A stretch of 64,000 nt of DNA, taken from contig JANOJN010000079.1 in the NCBI GenBank assembly GCA_031418775.1, positions 2,320 through 66,319 on the forward strand, read 5' to 3'. The position numbers and the translations under genes are program-made. The notes below the pieces were generated by a model that worked only from the letters and a program-made list of their open reading frames with translations, had not been told where the DNA came from and searched no databases. Origin of the DNA: Acidimicrobiia bacterium. Lineage in GTDB: Bacteria; Actinomycetota; Acidimicrobiia; Acidimicrobiales; JANYDT01. Positions 1 through 10,800 of this stretch are shown here, in pieces. How positions within the stretch are numbered: position 1 is the stretch's first letter; each line of letters opens with the position of its first letter.

Positions 1-273
1 GAGGGACGGGTCATCAACCAGGGACCGCTGAACCTCAGCTACATCGTCAACATGTTGCTCGAGTGGGCCGGGCCGTCGTGCGTACGCCGCCTCACCGTTG
101 CGTTCGGTCGTCCGGTGCTCGATGGGGAACACGTCGCCGCCGGAGGAACGGTGACGTCGGTCGAGGCCCATGGTGACGAGCGATGGGCGTTCTGCGAGGT
201 GTGGCTCGACCGACAGGGTGAACATGTCGTGACCGGCACCGCGGTCGTCGCGGTACCGTCCACCGACTCCTAA
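1..273 (+). CDS. 3' end of a MaoC-like/hot-dog-fold dehydratase gene (5' part lies outside the window)
   Basis: Frame 1 is open from base 1 to TAA 271-273. The C-terminus ...GGTVTSVEAHGDERWAFCEVWLDRQGEHVVTGTAVVAVPS looks like a hot-dog fold C-terminus. Family call by eye only. Confidence 0.4.
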   Translation, partial: EGRVINQGPLNLSYIVNMLLEWAGPSCVRRLTVAFGRPVLDGEHVAAGGTVTSVEAHGDERWAFCEVWLDRQGEHVVTGTAVVAVPSTDS

Positions 274-436
274 CCCGGTTCGCGGCTGCACGGATGTGCT
301 TCGTCGCGCCCCGCGGCCGTACACTCCGGTGATGGATCGTGACCACGTAGAGTTCCGAGAACTCGCCACCGATGACCTGCCCGTCATCGACAGTTCTCTG
401 GTGTGGGTCCGTCGTCCGGGATCGGAGGGCTGAGCG

Positions 437-1699
437 ATGACCGTTACGACGTCCGCAGTCGCCGGGTCCGGCGAGAGCATGTCGGGGGTTCCCGAGGGCA
501 CGCTTCTTGAACGGGTGGCCAAGCTCCGCGACGTGATCCGCGCCGGTGGCGATGAGGCGCAACTCCTCCGTCGGTGCCCGACACCGACGATCGAGGCGCT
601 GATCGACGAAGGCCTGTTCCGATTTGCCATCCCGCGAGAGCTCGGCGGCGAGGACGCAAGCGTGGGCGAGACGATCGAAGTCCTCGAAGCGATCTCGGCG
701 ATCGACGCATCCGTTGGCTGGAACGTGATGCTCGGCTCGGAGATCAACGCCATGGCCGCCGGCGGGATGGCCACAGACCTGGCCAAAGAGGTCTACCTCG
801 ACAACCCGCGCGTCATCATGTGCGGCGGGGGAGGACCGGGCACGCTTCCGTCCAAGGCGGTCGAGCAGCCCGACGGCAGCTACCGGGTCTGGGGGCAGGC
901 CACGTTCATCAGTGGGTGTCACAACGCCACGTGGTGCTTCATGGTCGCGCCGGTATTCCAAGACGATGCGGTGAAGATCGTCGACGGGCGCCCCATCGTG
1001 AAGCTGTGGATGCTCCATCGCGACCAATGGGAGATCCACGACACCTGGGACGTTGCCGGTCTCCGCGGTTCGGGAAGCCATGACGTCAGCACTCAGGGCG
1101 GCATCGTGCCGGCCCGATTCGCCAATGTCGATCTCGTGAGTCTGCCGGCGCTCTACGACAACCCGGTCTACCGGATTCCCGTACCGCTTCGACTGGCGTA
1201 CAACAAAGCGGCCGTGGCGATCGGCATCGCGCGTGGCGCGCTCGATGCGTTCGTCGAACTGGCCAACGCCAAGACGCCGATGCTCTCCACCACCCTCCTT
1301 CGGGATCGGCCGGTGGCGCACTACCGCATGGGTGAAGGGGAGGCAACGCTGCGCTCGGCACGGGCCTTCCTCTTCGAGGCGATGGGACAGGTCGAAGACG
1401 AGCTGCGCGCTGGCGCCGAGGCGCCCTCGGCGAAGGTCACCCAGATCGCCCGGCTTGCGTGTACCCACGCCGCCAACGCGTCGATGCATGTGGTCGACTC
1501 GGTCCACAACGCCGGAGGCACGAGCGCCATGCGAATGGACAACCCCCTCGAGCGCAAGCTTCGTGACGCCCACGGCGCCGCAACCCACCGTTGGGTCGCC
1601 CACCCGCTCTACGCGGAGCTCGGCAAGATCTTCCTCGGACACGAGGCGCCACCGGAGTTCGCCGGCACCGGTGGACCGGCGCCGACGCCGGGACGGTAG
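437..1699 (+). CDS. Acyl-CoA dehydrogenase-like flavoprotein (type-2 ACAD / flavin monooxygenase-like)
   Basis: 420-aa ORF with ATG at 437 preceded by GGAGGG. ACAD-like N-terminus (LIDEGLFRFAIPRELGG...ETIEVLEAISAIDASVGW) and C-terminal helical domain (...RKLRDAHGAATH). Confidence 0.7.
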   Translation: MTVTTSAVAGSGESMSGVPEGTLLERVAKLRDVIRAGGDEAQLLRRCPTPTIEALIDEGLFRFAIPRELGGEDASVGETIEVLEAISAIDASVGWNVMLGSEINAMAAGGMATDLAKEVYLDNPRVIMCGGGGPGTLPSKAVEQPDGSYRVWGQATFISGCHNATWCFMVAPVFQDDAVKIVDGRPIVKLWMLHRDQWEIHDTWDVAGLRGSGSHDVSTQGGIVPARFANVDLVSLPALYDNPVYRIPVPLRLAYNKAAVAIGIARGALDAFVELANAKTPMLSTTLLRDRPVAHYRMGEGEATLRSARAFLFEAMGQVEDELRAGAEAPSAKVTQIARLACTHAANASMHVVDSVHNAGGTSAMRMDNPLERKLRDAHGAATHRWVAHPLYAELGKIFLGHEAPPEFAGTGGPAPTPGR

Positions 1700-1864
1700 G
1701 ACAGCGACCCGACGGTCGAGTCGGGAAGGCAGAACCGATACCCGATCGATTCCTGGCTCGATCGGGAGGCTCGGCCCCTCGCGCCGGAGGCCCCTTCGAC
1801 CGAATGTGCGACCGTTACGATGGCCGATCGGCGCGGCCGAGGGGCCCCCAAAGGACGAGTTGCG

Positions 1865-3412
1865 ATGACCGGTTGGGGTGGGAGTTGGGGAGTGGGGGCA
1901 TTCCCGGACGGTTTCGTGTGGGGGAGCGCAACGTCGGCGTACCAGATTGAAGGTTCCGTTCATGTCGCCGGTCGGGGACGTTCCATTTGGGACGAGTTCT
2001 GCACCAAACCCGGCGCGGTGTTCGACGGCTCCTCCGGCGATGGGGCGTGCGACCATCTCAACCGGATGCCGTCCGATGTTGCTCTCATGGCGCGTCTCGG
2101 CTTCAAGGCGTATCGATTCTCCGTTGCCTGGCCCCGGATCCAGCCGTCAGGGTCTGGTGCCGCGGTGTCGGCCGGTGTCAGCTTCTACGATCGGCTCGTC
2201 GACGAGTTGCTCGGTGCCGGCATCGAGCCCATGATGACGTTGTACCACTGGGATCTGCCCCAAGACCTCGAAGACCTTGGAGGGTGGACTGATCGAGAGA
2301 CCGCCAAGCGCTTCGCTGAGTATGCGGTCGAGGCGTACGGTCCGGTGAGTGACCGCGTCAGCATCGTAAGCACACTGAACGAACCGTGGTGTTCGGCGTT
2401 TCTCGGGTACGCCAGCGGCGACCATGCACCTGGCCGTCGAAATCCCGAGGACGCGATCAGCGCGGCCCATCATCTGCTGCTCGCGCACGGTTTGGGGGTT
2501 CAAGCGATCCGCTCGGTTCGAGCAGACGCCAACGCCGGGATCGTCCTCAACCCCACGGTGGTGAGCGTCCCCGGGACGCCGATGTCGTGGAACGCGAAGG
2601 AACGGGACGCGCTCCGCCGGGTTGACGGCCTCCGAAATCGCTGGTGGCTCGATGCGCTGTTCAATGGAACCTATCCGGTCGACGTCATGGCCGATCTCGA
2701 CCGCATAGTTCCAGGGCTTCAAGACCGGCTCATTCTCGACGGTGATCTCGAGACGATACGTACGCCTATCGATCACATCGGAGTGAACTTCTACAACCGC
2801 GAGGTGATCGAGCTCCGAACCCCGAAAGAGGTTGCCGCGGCTGATCGCCCATCTCCCTATGTCGGTTGCGACGACGTTCGACCGGCGGAGCAAACAGGCC
2901 CGCTCACCGAGATCGGATGGCCGGTTGACGCGACGGGACTGCGTGACCTGCTCGTCGGGATGCGTCGGTCGTATCCCAACCTGCCGCCCGTGTGGGTCAC
3001 CGAAAACGGCGCGGCGTATGACGACCTGCCCCTTGACGGTGAAGTTGCTGATGTCCGGAGGGTTTCCTACCTCGACGCGCACATCCGCGCAGTGCTGGCC
3101 GCCATGGGCGATGGTGTCGACGTTCGCGGCTACTTCGGCTGGTCGTTCCTCGACAACTTCGAGTGGGCGTGGGGTTACACGATGCGCTTCGGCCTCGTTC
3201 ACGTGGATTACGAAACGCAGATCCGGACGCCGAAGTGGAGCGGACGGTGGCTCGGCGCCGTCGCCCGGCACAACGCTCTTCCGCCGACAGTTCTGCCGGT
3301 CGACGCGCTGACCCTTGCGGCCTTCGAAACGAACACACAAGGGTCACCCGGCCGAAACCGTCGCGGTGTTTCGTCGTGGTTCGATTCACGGGAGGTCGAC
3401 GACGAACGTTGA
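1865..3412 (+). CDS. GH1 beta-glucosidase
   Basis: FPDGFVWGSATSAYQIEG N-terminal signature, TLNEPW (acid/base Glu) and VWVTENGAAY (nucleophile Glu). Start uncertain: ATG 1865, or the longer 1820. Confidence 0.9.
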   Translation: MTGWGGSWGVGAFPDGFVWGSATSAYQIEGSVHVAGRGRSIWDEFCTKPGAVFDGSSGDGACDHLNRMPSDVALMARLGFKAYRFSVAWPRIQPSGSGAAVSAGVSFYDRLVDELLGAGIEPMMTLYHWDLPQDLEDLGGWTDRETAKRFAEYAVEAYGPVSDRVSIVSTLNEPWCSAFLGYASGDHAPGRRNPEDAISAAHHLLLAHGLGVQAIRSVRADANAGIVLNPTVVSVPGTPMSWNAKERDALRRVDGLRNRWWLDALFNGTYPVDVMADLDRIVPGLQDRLILDGDLETIRTPIDHIGVNFYNREVIELRTPKEVAAADRPSPYVGCDDVRPAEQTGPLTEIGWPVDATGLRDLLVGMRRSYPNLPPVWVTENGAAYDDLPLDGEVADVRRVSYLDAHIRAVLAAMGDGVDVRGYFGWSFLDNFEWAWGYTMRFGLVHVDYETQIRTPKWSGRWLGAVARHNALPPTVLPVDALTLAAFETNTQGSPGRNRRGVSSWFDSREVDDER

Positions 3413-3520
3413 CCTTCGAGCCGAGGGTGTGGAGATCGTTCGCCGGTAAGGCTGACCGACGTCGCCGATGTCACCGGTTCATGACGTTCCCGCAGCAGAG
3501 GCTTCTCCGCCGACGGGCGG

Positions 3521-6283
3521 TCAGGAGTGATGGGCTACGGATCGGCGACGCAGTGCCTCGATCGACTCCGCAACAATACCCTCCGGGTCATCTTCGTGAT
3601 CCGCCAGCGAGAGCTGCTCCAAAAGCCGAGTGAGCCCGTCGCTTTCCCGTGAGAGCGCGAGAAGCGCGCAGGCACGCAGCCACGGGCGTCTCCAGACTCG
3701 CTGCTGATCGAGCGCGAGGTCCGTCAACTGCTCGGCCGGGGTGAGGGCGGACGGGCTGTCGATCTTGACGAGGCGGCCCAGGCGTTCAGCGGTGCTGAGG
3801 TCGGGCTCGAGAATCACGATCGCGGGACGGGAACGGGGGACGAGCGCGACCTCGAGCCACTCGACCGCGACCGCGTGCTGACGCCGGTCGCTCTGGGCGA
3901 ACTGGAACGAAACACGGTCGATGGCCTCTCGCCCGTGATGCAGCGAGAGCGCGCTCATCACGCGGGCGCGGGTGTCGGTCAGCTCATCCACGAGCGCGCG
4001 GCGAAGCTCGGAACAGTCGGCATGCTCGAGCACGGCGAGCGCACGGAGAATCCTCAGCGCGTGGTAGATCTCGGCGACAACCACATCACCGCTGACGGTG
4101 GCGGCCATCGACGAATCGTCCTGAACGAGGTCGTTGAGTGCGTTCACAATCGACAACCCGACATCTCGGTTCCGATGATTGACGTGCCCGACGAGCATCC
4201 CGGCCGCTTCGCTCGTGCCGATGTCTCGTGCCGCGCGAACAGCGAGCTCTTGACGGCGCGGCTCTCCCAAAACCCGAGCGGTCAGGCATCGATCAACCAT
4301 CGCCACACCGCGGTCCCCGGCTCGCACGATCGCATCGACGGCCGCAGACGCCGTCTCTCGACCGTCGAGCAGAGCGACAACAGCCGCTTCGAGGTGCTCA
4401 TGGTCGGGCCAGGCGACTGCGCCGAGAGCCGCAGCGGCTACCGCTGGATCTGTGTCGGCGAGGAGCGCCTCGATCATCGAGCCCGACTTCACCGCCAGCA
4501 CGGGGGCCGCGGTGAGCATCTCGGCTGCCTCCACGCGTCGGTCGGCGTCGGGATCCCGCGCCCTCGAAGCAATGATGTCATCAAGAACTCGATGGGCTTG
4601 GCAGTTCGAAAGCCCGCCGGCCGCTTTCGCTGCGGCCAGTCGGACACCGCGGTCGGCGTCGAGGAGGAGCGCGGCCACGCGTTCAGCATCGCTGTCCGTC
4701 GCGCCCGCCGAGATCGACCGTAGTGCCGCGGCCCGCACGTCCGCCCGCGGGTCGTGCAGCATGGTACGGGCGAGACCAACAGCGCTCGACGGGTCGGCCT
4801 CGGCGAGCAATTCCAGCGCCATCGCCGTGGCACCCTCGCGTTCGGACGCAACCATGCGCTCGAGGTGCTCGACGAACGTAGGGTGACCGGACCGTTGCAG
4901 CGCGGCCAGGCCGAGGCGGACGTCTCGTCGGTCGTCGCTCGCCAGCAACGCTTCGACGACGACGAGGGTTTCGGCGTCGTCGACGACGATTTCGCTCGGA
5001 TCGAGTTGACGGTGCCGAAGGGTGTCGAGGAGGTTGACCCCGTATCCTCGGTAGACACCAAGTGCGCATACGATCCAGAGTGCGAGGGTTACCACGACGA
5101 TCACCGGAATGGTGAGTCCCTTCGTCCCGACTGTCGCTCGGACGACGAGGAGTATGACCCCGGAGACACCGATGGCCAGAGGAACGGCAAGGCTTTCCAC
5201 CACGGCTTGCGATGCCGTTCTCTGCGCCGAGGGCACAGCCTGATACGCCGCGCCGACCGACGTGCGGGTCGTGCCGTCGGCGAGGACCATGTCGGACACC
5301 CGAGTGGCGACGACGAGGAGGAACACCACCGTCGACGCCGAACCCTGCACGACCGCCCCGGCAATCGACGCACCGACGAGCGAGAGCACGAACGCAGGAT
5401 TGGCGAAGAGGCCCAACCGAAGTCCGAAGCGTCCGATCAACAGACCCGCGAGGAGGATCAGGAAGATGATGTCGGCACCGTACGCGATCGCACTGAATCG
5501 GCCGACGAACGTCGCCAGATCTGTGCTGTTCGTGTAGCGGCGACCGGCGTGGTCGTACACCAGGAAGTCGAGCAGCGTGCTCTCCACCGCGGACAGCATC
5601 TGGAACACCATGATCAGGACGACGTAGCGATTGCGGAGCAGCGAGCGGAGCGAGGGCCGTGTCGTCGTCTTGTCGGATTCGTCCTCCACCTCGAGCGTCA
5701 GCAACTCTGCGGCGAAGGCCTTCGTCGTGAGCAGTACCAACGCAACGACGACAAGCGCCGAGGCGGCAGCTGTCGACAGAAGATGCTCCGCCCCACCGAG
5801 CGCCTCGAGGAGAGGCGCTCCGGAGAGGCCGCCGACGGCGAAGCCTGCGGCGAAGCCGGCGATCACCCGGGGATACATCACCTTCAACGAGCGCACATCG
5901 AGGAGGGCCCCGGCCTGTCCAACGATGAACATGAAGCCGACGGGAATGGTGATGGGGAGGACGACGAGCAGCGCGAAGGACATCCACGCGGCGTTGGCCA
6001 GCCAGAGACTCAACCACGCAATGGTGAGGGTGATGCTTGCGGCGATCATCACCCGCATCGCAACGGTGGCGAGCGGTCGGCGACGCAGCGCCCGCGCCAG
6101 CAGCACGCTCGCCACCGCGCCGACGCCGGCGGAAAGGATGTAGGTGACCGGAAGCAGTCCCGACCCGTAGGTCTGGAGGAAGATCGTGTTGGCGGGGACG
6201 GTGATCCATGCGATGACCAGACCGAGCGCCGCCGCCTGCGCAGTGAGCAGGGCGACCCGTCGGCGCGTCGTCGACGGCGTCAC
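3521..6283 (-). CDS. Multi-pass transporter-like membrane domain (MFS/Npt-like) fused to a long HEAT-repeat domain
   Basis: 920 aa. The N-terminal ~430 aa is a series of hydrophobic helices. The C-terminal half has Ala/Asp/Arg-rich helical repeats of HEAT/PBS-lyase type (HDPRADVRAAALRSIS, LDADRGVRLAAAKAAGG, ADTDPAVAAAALGAVA). The GTG start overlaps the upstream stop (GTGA). Confidence 0.7.
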   Translation of the reverse strand: MTPSTTRRRVALLTAQAAALGLVIAWITVPANTIFLQTYGSGLLPVTYILSAGVGAVASVLLARALRRRPLATVAMRVMIAASITLTIAWLSLWLANAAWMSFALLVVLPITIPVGFMFIVGQAGALLDVRSLKVMYPRVIAGFAAGFAVGGLSGAPLLEALGGAEHLLSTAAASALVVVALVLLTTKAFAAELLTLEVEDESDKTTTRPSLRSLLRNRYVVLIMVFQMLSAVESTLLDFLVYDHAGRRYTNSTDLATFVGRFSAIAYGADIIFLILLAGLLIGRFGLRLGLFANPAFVLSLVGASIAGAVVQGSASTVVFLLVVATRVSDMVLADGTTRTSVGAAYQAVPSAQRTASQAVVESLAVPLAIGVSGVILLVVRATVGTKGLTIPVIVVVTLALWIVCALGVYRGYGVNLLDTLRHRQLDPSEIVVDDAETLVVVEALLASDDRRDVRLGLAALQRSGHPTFVEHLERMVASEREGATAMALELLAEADPSSAVGLARTMLHDPRADVRAAALRSISAGATDSDAERVAALLLDADRGVRLAAAKAAGGLSNCQAHRVLDDIIASRARDPDADRRVEAAEMLTAAPVLAVKSGSMIEALLADTDPAVAAAALGAVAWPDHEHLEAAVVALLDGRETASAAVDAIVRAGDRGVAMVDRCLTARVLGEPRRQELAVRAARDIGTSEAAGMLVGHVNHRNRDVGLSIVNALNDLVQDDSSMAATVSGDVVVAEIYHALRILRALAVLEHADCSELRRALVDELTDTRARVMSALSLHHGREAIDRVSFQFAQSDRRQHAVAVEWLEVALVPRSRPAIVILEPDLSTAERLGRLVKIDSPSALTPAEQLTDLALDQQRVWRRPWLRACALLALSRESDGLTRLLEQLSLADHEDDPEGIVAESIEALRRRSVAHHS

Positions 6284-6924
6284 GTTTGCACTCGCTTGGC
6301 ATCCTGGTCAGCAAGGTCCTGCAATCGCCGGACCAGTTCAGCAATCACGGCGCGAGCGATGCCGGGGCGCTCGTCCAACAGTTCTTCGAAGGGTTTGCGG
6401 CGAAGTCGCAGTAACAAGCACGGCTCGAGCGCAGTGACCGTTGCGGAGCGTGCGGCCAACGCCAGCACGGCCAACTCACCGACGACGTCGCCGGGCCTGC
6501 GGTCAACAAGTGCGCGATCGCCCACGTGTACGCGTAGCGCCCCCTCCACGACGACATACAGCCAGTCTTCGATCGCGCCCCGCTCCATGACGACCTCGCC
6601 GGTCGCAACTCGGAGCTCCTCGACCACGCGAGCTACGGCCACGAGGGTGTGCCCGGGGACGGCGGCGAACATGGCGACGCGTTGGAGCGCAGCAACGCGC
6701 TCGATGGTCAAGAGCTCGTCTGATGAGCTCACGAACACTCCTGAAACACGCTGGTGAATGTCGGCGAAACGAGGCCGAAACGAACGCACGATTTCGGGCC
6801 GTGATCCGGTGGTGATCGGCGACGTGTTCGTGCTGGATCGACCTGCCGTGCAAACATCGGCATACCTCGGAGTGGAGCAAACAGTGTGGCAGACGGACGC
6901 GTCAACGCCCACAACATCACTCAC
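6280..6924 (-). CDS. Cyclic nucleotide-binding (CAP effector domain) protein
   Basis: cNMP-binding fold with phosphate-binding cassette PGDVVGELAVLALAARSATVTAL. GTGA overlaps at both ends (6921-6924 and 6280-6283). The ~70-aa N-terminal extension is unverified, so the true start may be internal. Confidence 0.75.
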   Translation of the reverse strand: MSDVVGVDASVCHTVCSTPRYADVCTAGRSSTNTSPITTGSRPEIVRSFRPRFADIHQRVSGVFVSSSDELLTIERVAALQRVAMFAAVPGHTLVAVARVVEELRVATGEVVMERGAIEDWLYVVVEGALRVHVGDRALVDRRPGDVVGELAVLALAARSATVTALEPCLLLRLRRKPFEELLDERPGIARAVIAELVRRLQDLADQDAKRVQT

Positions 6925-7859
6925 GCCATCAGGTACACGTCTCCTTCGCTGCCGACCACGACATCGATGTCGAGCGTGGACATCTCCTTCGCGATCCGGT
7001 CGAGTTCATCGTCAACACGGTCGGGATCGTGATGAAAGAGCACGAGTTTGCGTACGCCTGCTTGTCGGGCCAACGTGACGGCGTAGTCGATGGTCGAGTG
7101 ACCGAAGTGGCGTACCGCAGGAAACTCTTCCACCGTGTGCTGGGCATCGTGGAGGAGGAGATCGGCGCCTCGGCACAGCTCAATGGCAGCGTCGTGAACG
7201 ACACCGAGCCCGTCGTTGCCATCGCCCCACTCCAACGGCCCGTGGTCGGGCATGTAGACGACCGTGGCACCGTCATGTCGGACGCGGTAGCCGAACGTGC
7301 GGCCTCCCTTGTGCGGAATCTCCATCGCGAGCACGTCGAAGCCCTCGATCTTGTGCCACCCGGTTTCGAGCGAGTGGAACGACCACGCGCCGCGGAGGCC
7401 CGACGGACTGATCGGGAAGTGCGGTGGACTCATCATCTGGGCAAGAACAGCTTCCGCGTCGCCCTGCGCCGGGAGATAGAGGTCGACGCGGGCGTCGGGT
7501 CGGTCACCGGCGCGGAAGAATGGCAACCCGTAGACGTGATCCCAATGGAGATGCGAAAGCAGGATGGAGCCGTCGAACGGTTGGCCGTTGAGCACCTCGG
7601 TGAGGCGAGTGAGGCCGCTGCCCGCATCGAGGACGAGCGTGGGGGTGGAATTGCCACGCGCGATGGACACGCATGACGTGTTCCCGCCGTAGCGCACCTG
7701 ATCGGGCCCGGCCACGATGCGGGAGCCGCGGACGCCATGGAGTTGCAACCGCACGAGGGATCCCTTCGAGGTGAGGACCCTCGATCTTGGTCGATCGGGC
7801 GGCAGCTCCCGCGCCACAGACAGCAGCGACATTCCCGCATGACCCAGTGTGGGTAGCAT
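6921..7859 (-). CDS. Metallo-beta-lactamase-fold hydrolase (possible cyclic-nucleotide phosphodiesterase)
   Basis: HxHxDH motif (LLSHLHWDHVYGLPFF) plus downstream His/Asp ligand motifs (MPDHGP, LLLHDAQH, LFHHDP). ATG at 7859 is only 6 bp from the divergent cyclase start. An alternative GTG at 7754 is preceded by AAGGGA. Confidence 0.8.
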   Translation of the reverse strand: MLPTLGHAGMSLLSVARELPPDRPRSRVLTSKGSLVRLQLHGVRGSRIVAGPDQVRYGGNTSCVSIARGNSTPTLVLDAGSGLTRLTEVLNGQPFDGSILLSHLHWDHVYGLPFFRAGDRPDARVDLYLPAQGDAEAVLAQMMSPPHFPISPSGLRGAWSFHSLETGWHKIEGFDVLAMEIPHKGGRTFGYRVRHDGATVVYMPDHGPLEWGDGNDGLGVVHDAAIELCRGADLLLHDAQHTVEEFPAVRHFGHSTIDYAVTLARQAGVRKLVLFHHDPDRVDDELDRIAKEMSTLDIDVVVGSEGDVYLMA

Positions 7860-7865
7860 CGCCCA

Positions 7866-10800
7866 ATGGCGGATCGTCACCGTACTGACCATCCCCAGGC
7901 GTACATCCCCGGAGATCGGAGGCAAGCGCTCGCCGCAGGTGTCGAGATGCCCGACCGCGTCTCCGGGTCCGGGTTGTTCGCCGATGTGAGCGGTTTTACC
8001 GCGCTGACCGAGGCGCTGGCGACGGAACTGGGACCGCAGCGAGGTGTTGAAGAGCTGACCGCAGTGCTGGACCTCGTGTTCCAAGCCGTCATCGACGACA
8101 TCACCGACTTCGGCGGCCACGTCATCTACTTCAGCGGTGACGCGGTGACCTGTTGGCTCGATGGGGACGACGGGAGTCGGGCGGCGGCCGCTGCGCTCGC
8201 GGTCCAGCGGACGATGGACCGTGTAGGCCGCGTCTCGACACCAGGTGGTCGCGTCGTGGAACTCGGCATCAAGGTCGCGATTGCCGTCGGCCCGGCCCGT
8301 CGTTTCGTGGTCGGAGACCCCAACGTCCAGCTGATCGACGTGCTCGCGGGGGCGATCGTCGACGAGTTGGCCGATGCCGAGCAACTCGCCGAACGCGGCG
8401 AGATCGTGCTCGGCCCCTCGGCCGTCGCCGCGCTCGGCGAGCTCGCGGTCATTTCACGCGTTCCCCGAAAGCAGTCCACGGCCACGATCCTCGAGGGGCT
8501 CACGGACGTCGTGGTCCCCACCGAGCGTCCCCCCGAGCCAGTGGTGGACGAGGCCCTGGTACGCCCCTGGCTTCTGCCGGTCGTGCACGAACGCCTCAGC
8601 ACCGGTCGGGGTGAGTTCCTCACGGAACTCCGCTCGGCCTTCCCGATGTTCGTCCGTTTCGGCGGAATCGACGTCGACGCAGATGACGGGCCGAGCGAGC
8701 TCGACACGTTCGTGTCTCGGGCACAGGAAGTCCTCACAAGCTTCGGGGGGAACGTCCTTCAACTCATCCTCGGTGATAAGGGCGCGTACCTCTACGGCGT
8801 GTTCGGCTCGCCGGTCACCTACGGCGATGACGCGTCACGCGCCGCCGCCGCCGCCCTCGAACTTCGATCGGTCGCGGCCGACACCGCAGCGCGCGACCTC
8901 CAGATCGGCATCGGCCATGGACGGCTGCGTAGCGGAACCTACGGCCACTCGCTTCGCCGCACCTTCACGTGCCTCGGTGACGCGGTGAACCTCTCGGCCC
9001 GGTTGATGGCCGGCGCGGCGCCGGGAACGATTCGCGTAACCGATGACGTTCGACGGGAAGCCGGAGACCGCTTCCTCTGGGCGTCGGTCGGCACGTTTCC
9101 CGTCAAGGGCCGAGTCGAGCCGGTGCAGGTCTGGACCATCGAGGGGACCTCGTTCGCCACTCGGGAACGGGAGGTCCGCTACACGCTGCCTCTCGTCGGA
9201 CGCGATCAGGAGATGGCCGCGGTCGCCGAGGCCGCCGACGCTGTCCGGTCCGGCAGCGGACGCGTTGTGGCCATCTCCGCGGAAGCAGGTCGCGGGAAGT
9301 CCCGGCTCATCGCCGAAATCGTCCGCAAGCTTCGAGCTGACGGCATGCCGGTGGCGTTCGGTGAGGCTTCGGTCGTGGGCTCGACGGGTAGCTATGTGGT
9401 GTGGCGCGAGGTCGTCCACACGTTGCTCGGCATCGACGAGACGGGAAGCGACAGCGCCCGAATACGCGCGCTGCGCCGGTCACTCGCCGGCATCGGTCGG
9501 AGCCAGGCGCGCCGTGCGCCGCTGCTCGGGCCCCTGCTCGGCATCGATGTCCCCGACACCGATGTGACACGCGCCTTCGACGCCAAGCTCCGCAAGTCCT
9601 CCCTCGAGTCCCTCATCCTCGATGTGCTCGCCGAACGCACGCAGGCGTCGCCTCTGACCATCGTGCTCGAGGACTGTCATCGGATCGACGAACTCTCGCG
9701 CGATCTGCTCGAGGTCCTTGTTCGTGGTGCCGAGTCGCTTCCCGTCCTGTTCCTCCTGAACTACCGCCCCACCGGCAGTGCCGGGGCAGGCCTTGGTCTC
9801 GAATCGCTTCCGTTCTTCGCGGAGTTCGAGCTTTCCGAGCTCGGACCCGAGGCCGCTCGTACCGCTGCCGTGGCGAAGATCCACCAGCTGTACGGCGAGA
9901 GCGTCCGCCCGTCGATCACTCTGATCGACGCGGTCGTCACGAGAGCCGAGGGCAATCCGTTCTATCTGGAGCAGATTCTCGACTTCCTCCACGGCCGGGG
10001 ATTGGATCCCACCCGACCCGAACAGCTCGATGCCATCGATCTTCCGGCGAGCCTCCACAGTCTCCTCCTGAGTCGAATCGACACCCTCGACGAGGGGCCA
10101 CGCCGAACGGTGAAAGTTGCGAGCGTCCTCGGGCGCCGCTTCGAGGCTCCGACGGTCCGTCGCGTCTACCCGGACCTCGGTTCCGACACCGATGTGATCA
10201 CCCACCTGCGAGTCGGACGGTCGGCTGACCTCTTGGTGTCCGACGAGGACGAGCGGAGTTCCTGGCTGTTCCGGCACGTGATCACCCGTGAAGTGGCCTA
10301 TCAGAGCCTTCCCCACACCCTGCGGGTTGATCTGCACGAGCGGGCGGCCCTCGACCTGGAGGAGCGGGGTCCCGAGGTCGTAGAGAGCGAGCTCGACCTG
10401 GTCACGCACCACTGGTGCAGCAGCGACCGGCGGGACAAGCAGATCGAGTACCTGGGTCGAGCCGGCGAATCCGCCCAGGCCCGATACGCCAATGATGCCG
10501 CGGCTGACTACTTCGATCGGCTGGCGACGCTCGTCGACGGCGCAACCCGTGCCGATGTGCTCCTCCGGCTCGGGAAGGTGCTCGAACTGACCGGAGCGTG
10601 GGATCGCGCGCGGGCTGCGGGGACGGAGGCCACACTCCTGGCCCGTGACGCAGGCGACCCCACGCTCGAGGCATGGTGCGAGGTCTCACTGGCCGAGGTG
10701 GCCCGCAAACAGGCCCGGTTCGACGATGCCACCGACCACCTCGGCCGGGCCGTCGACTGCTTCGACCGGACCGACGACGATGCCGGTCGCGGCAAAGTGC

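Noticed and set aside
92-2056. 654-aa minus-strand ORF spanning the acyl-CoA dehydrogenase-like gene and the beta-glucosidase start
   Set aside because: It is antisense to ORFs with clear family motifs. Its translation is Arg/Pro/Gly/His-rich with no motif, which is the usual off-frame artefact of high-GC DNA.
4683-6757. 553-aa (minus) and 667-aa (plus) ORFs overlapping the transporter-HEAT and cNMP-binding genes
   Set aside because: These are alternative-frame or antisense translations with extreme Arg/Gly/Asp/His bias. The frame chosen instead gives coherent TM helices, HEAT repeats and a cNMP cassette.
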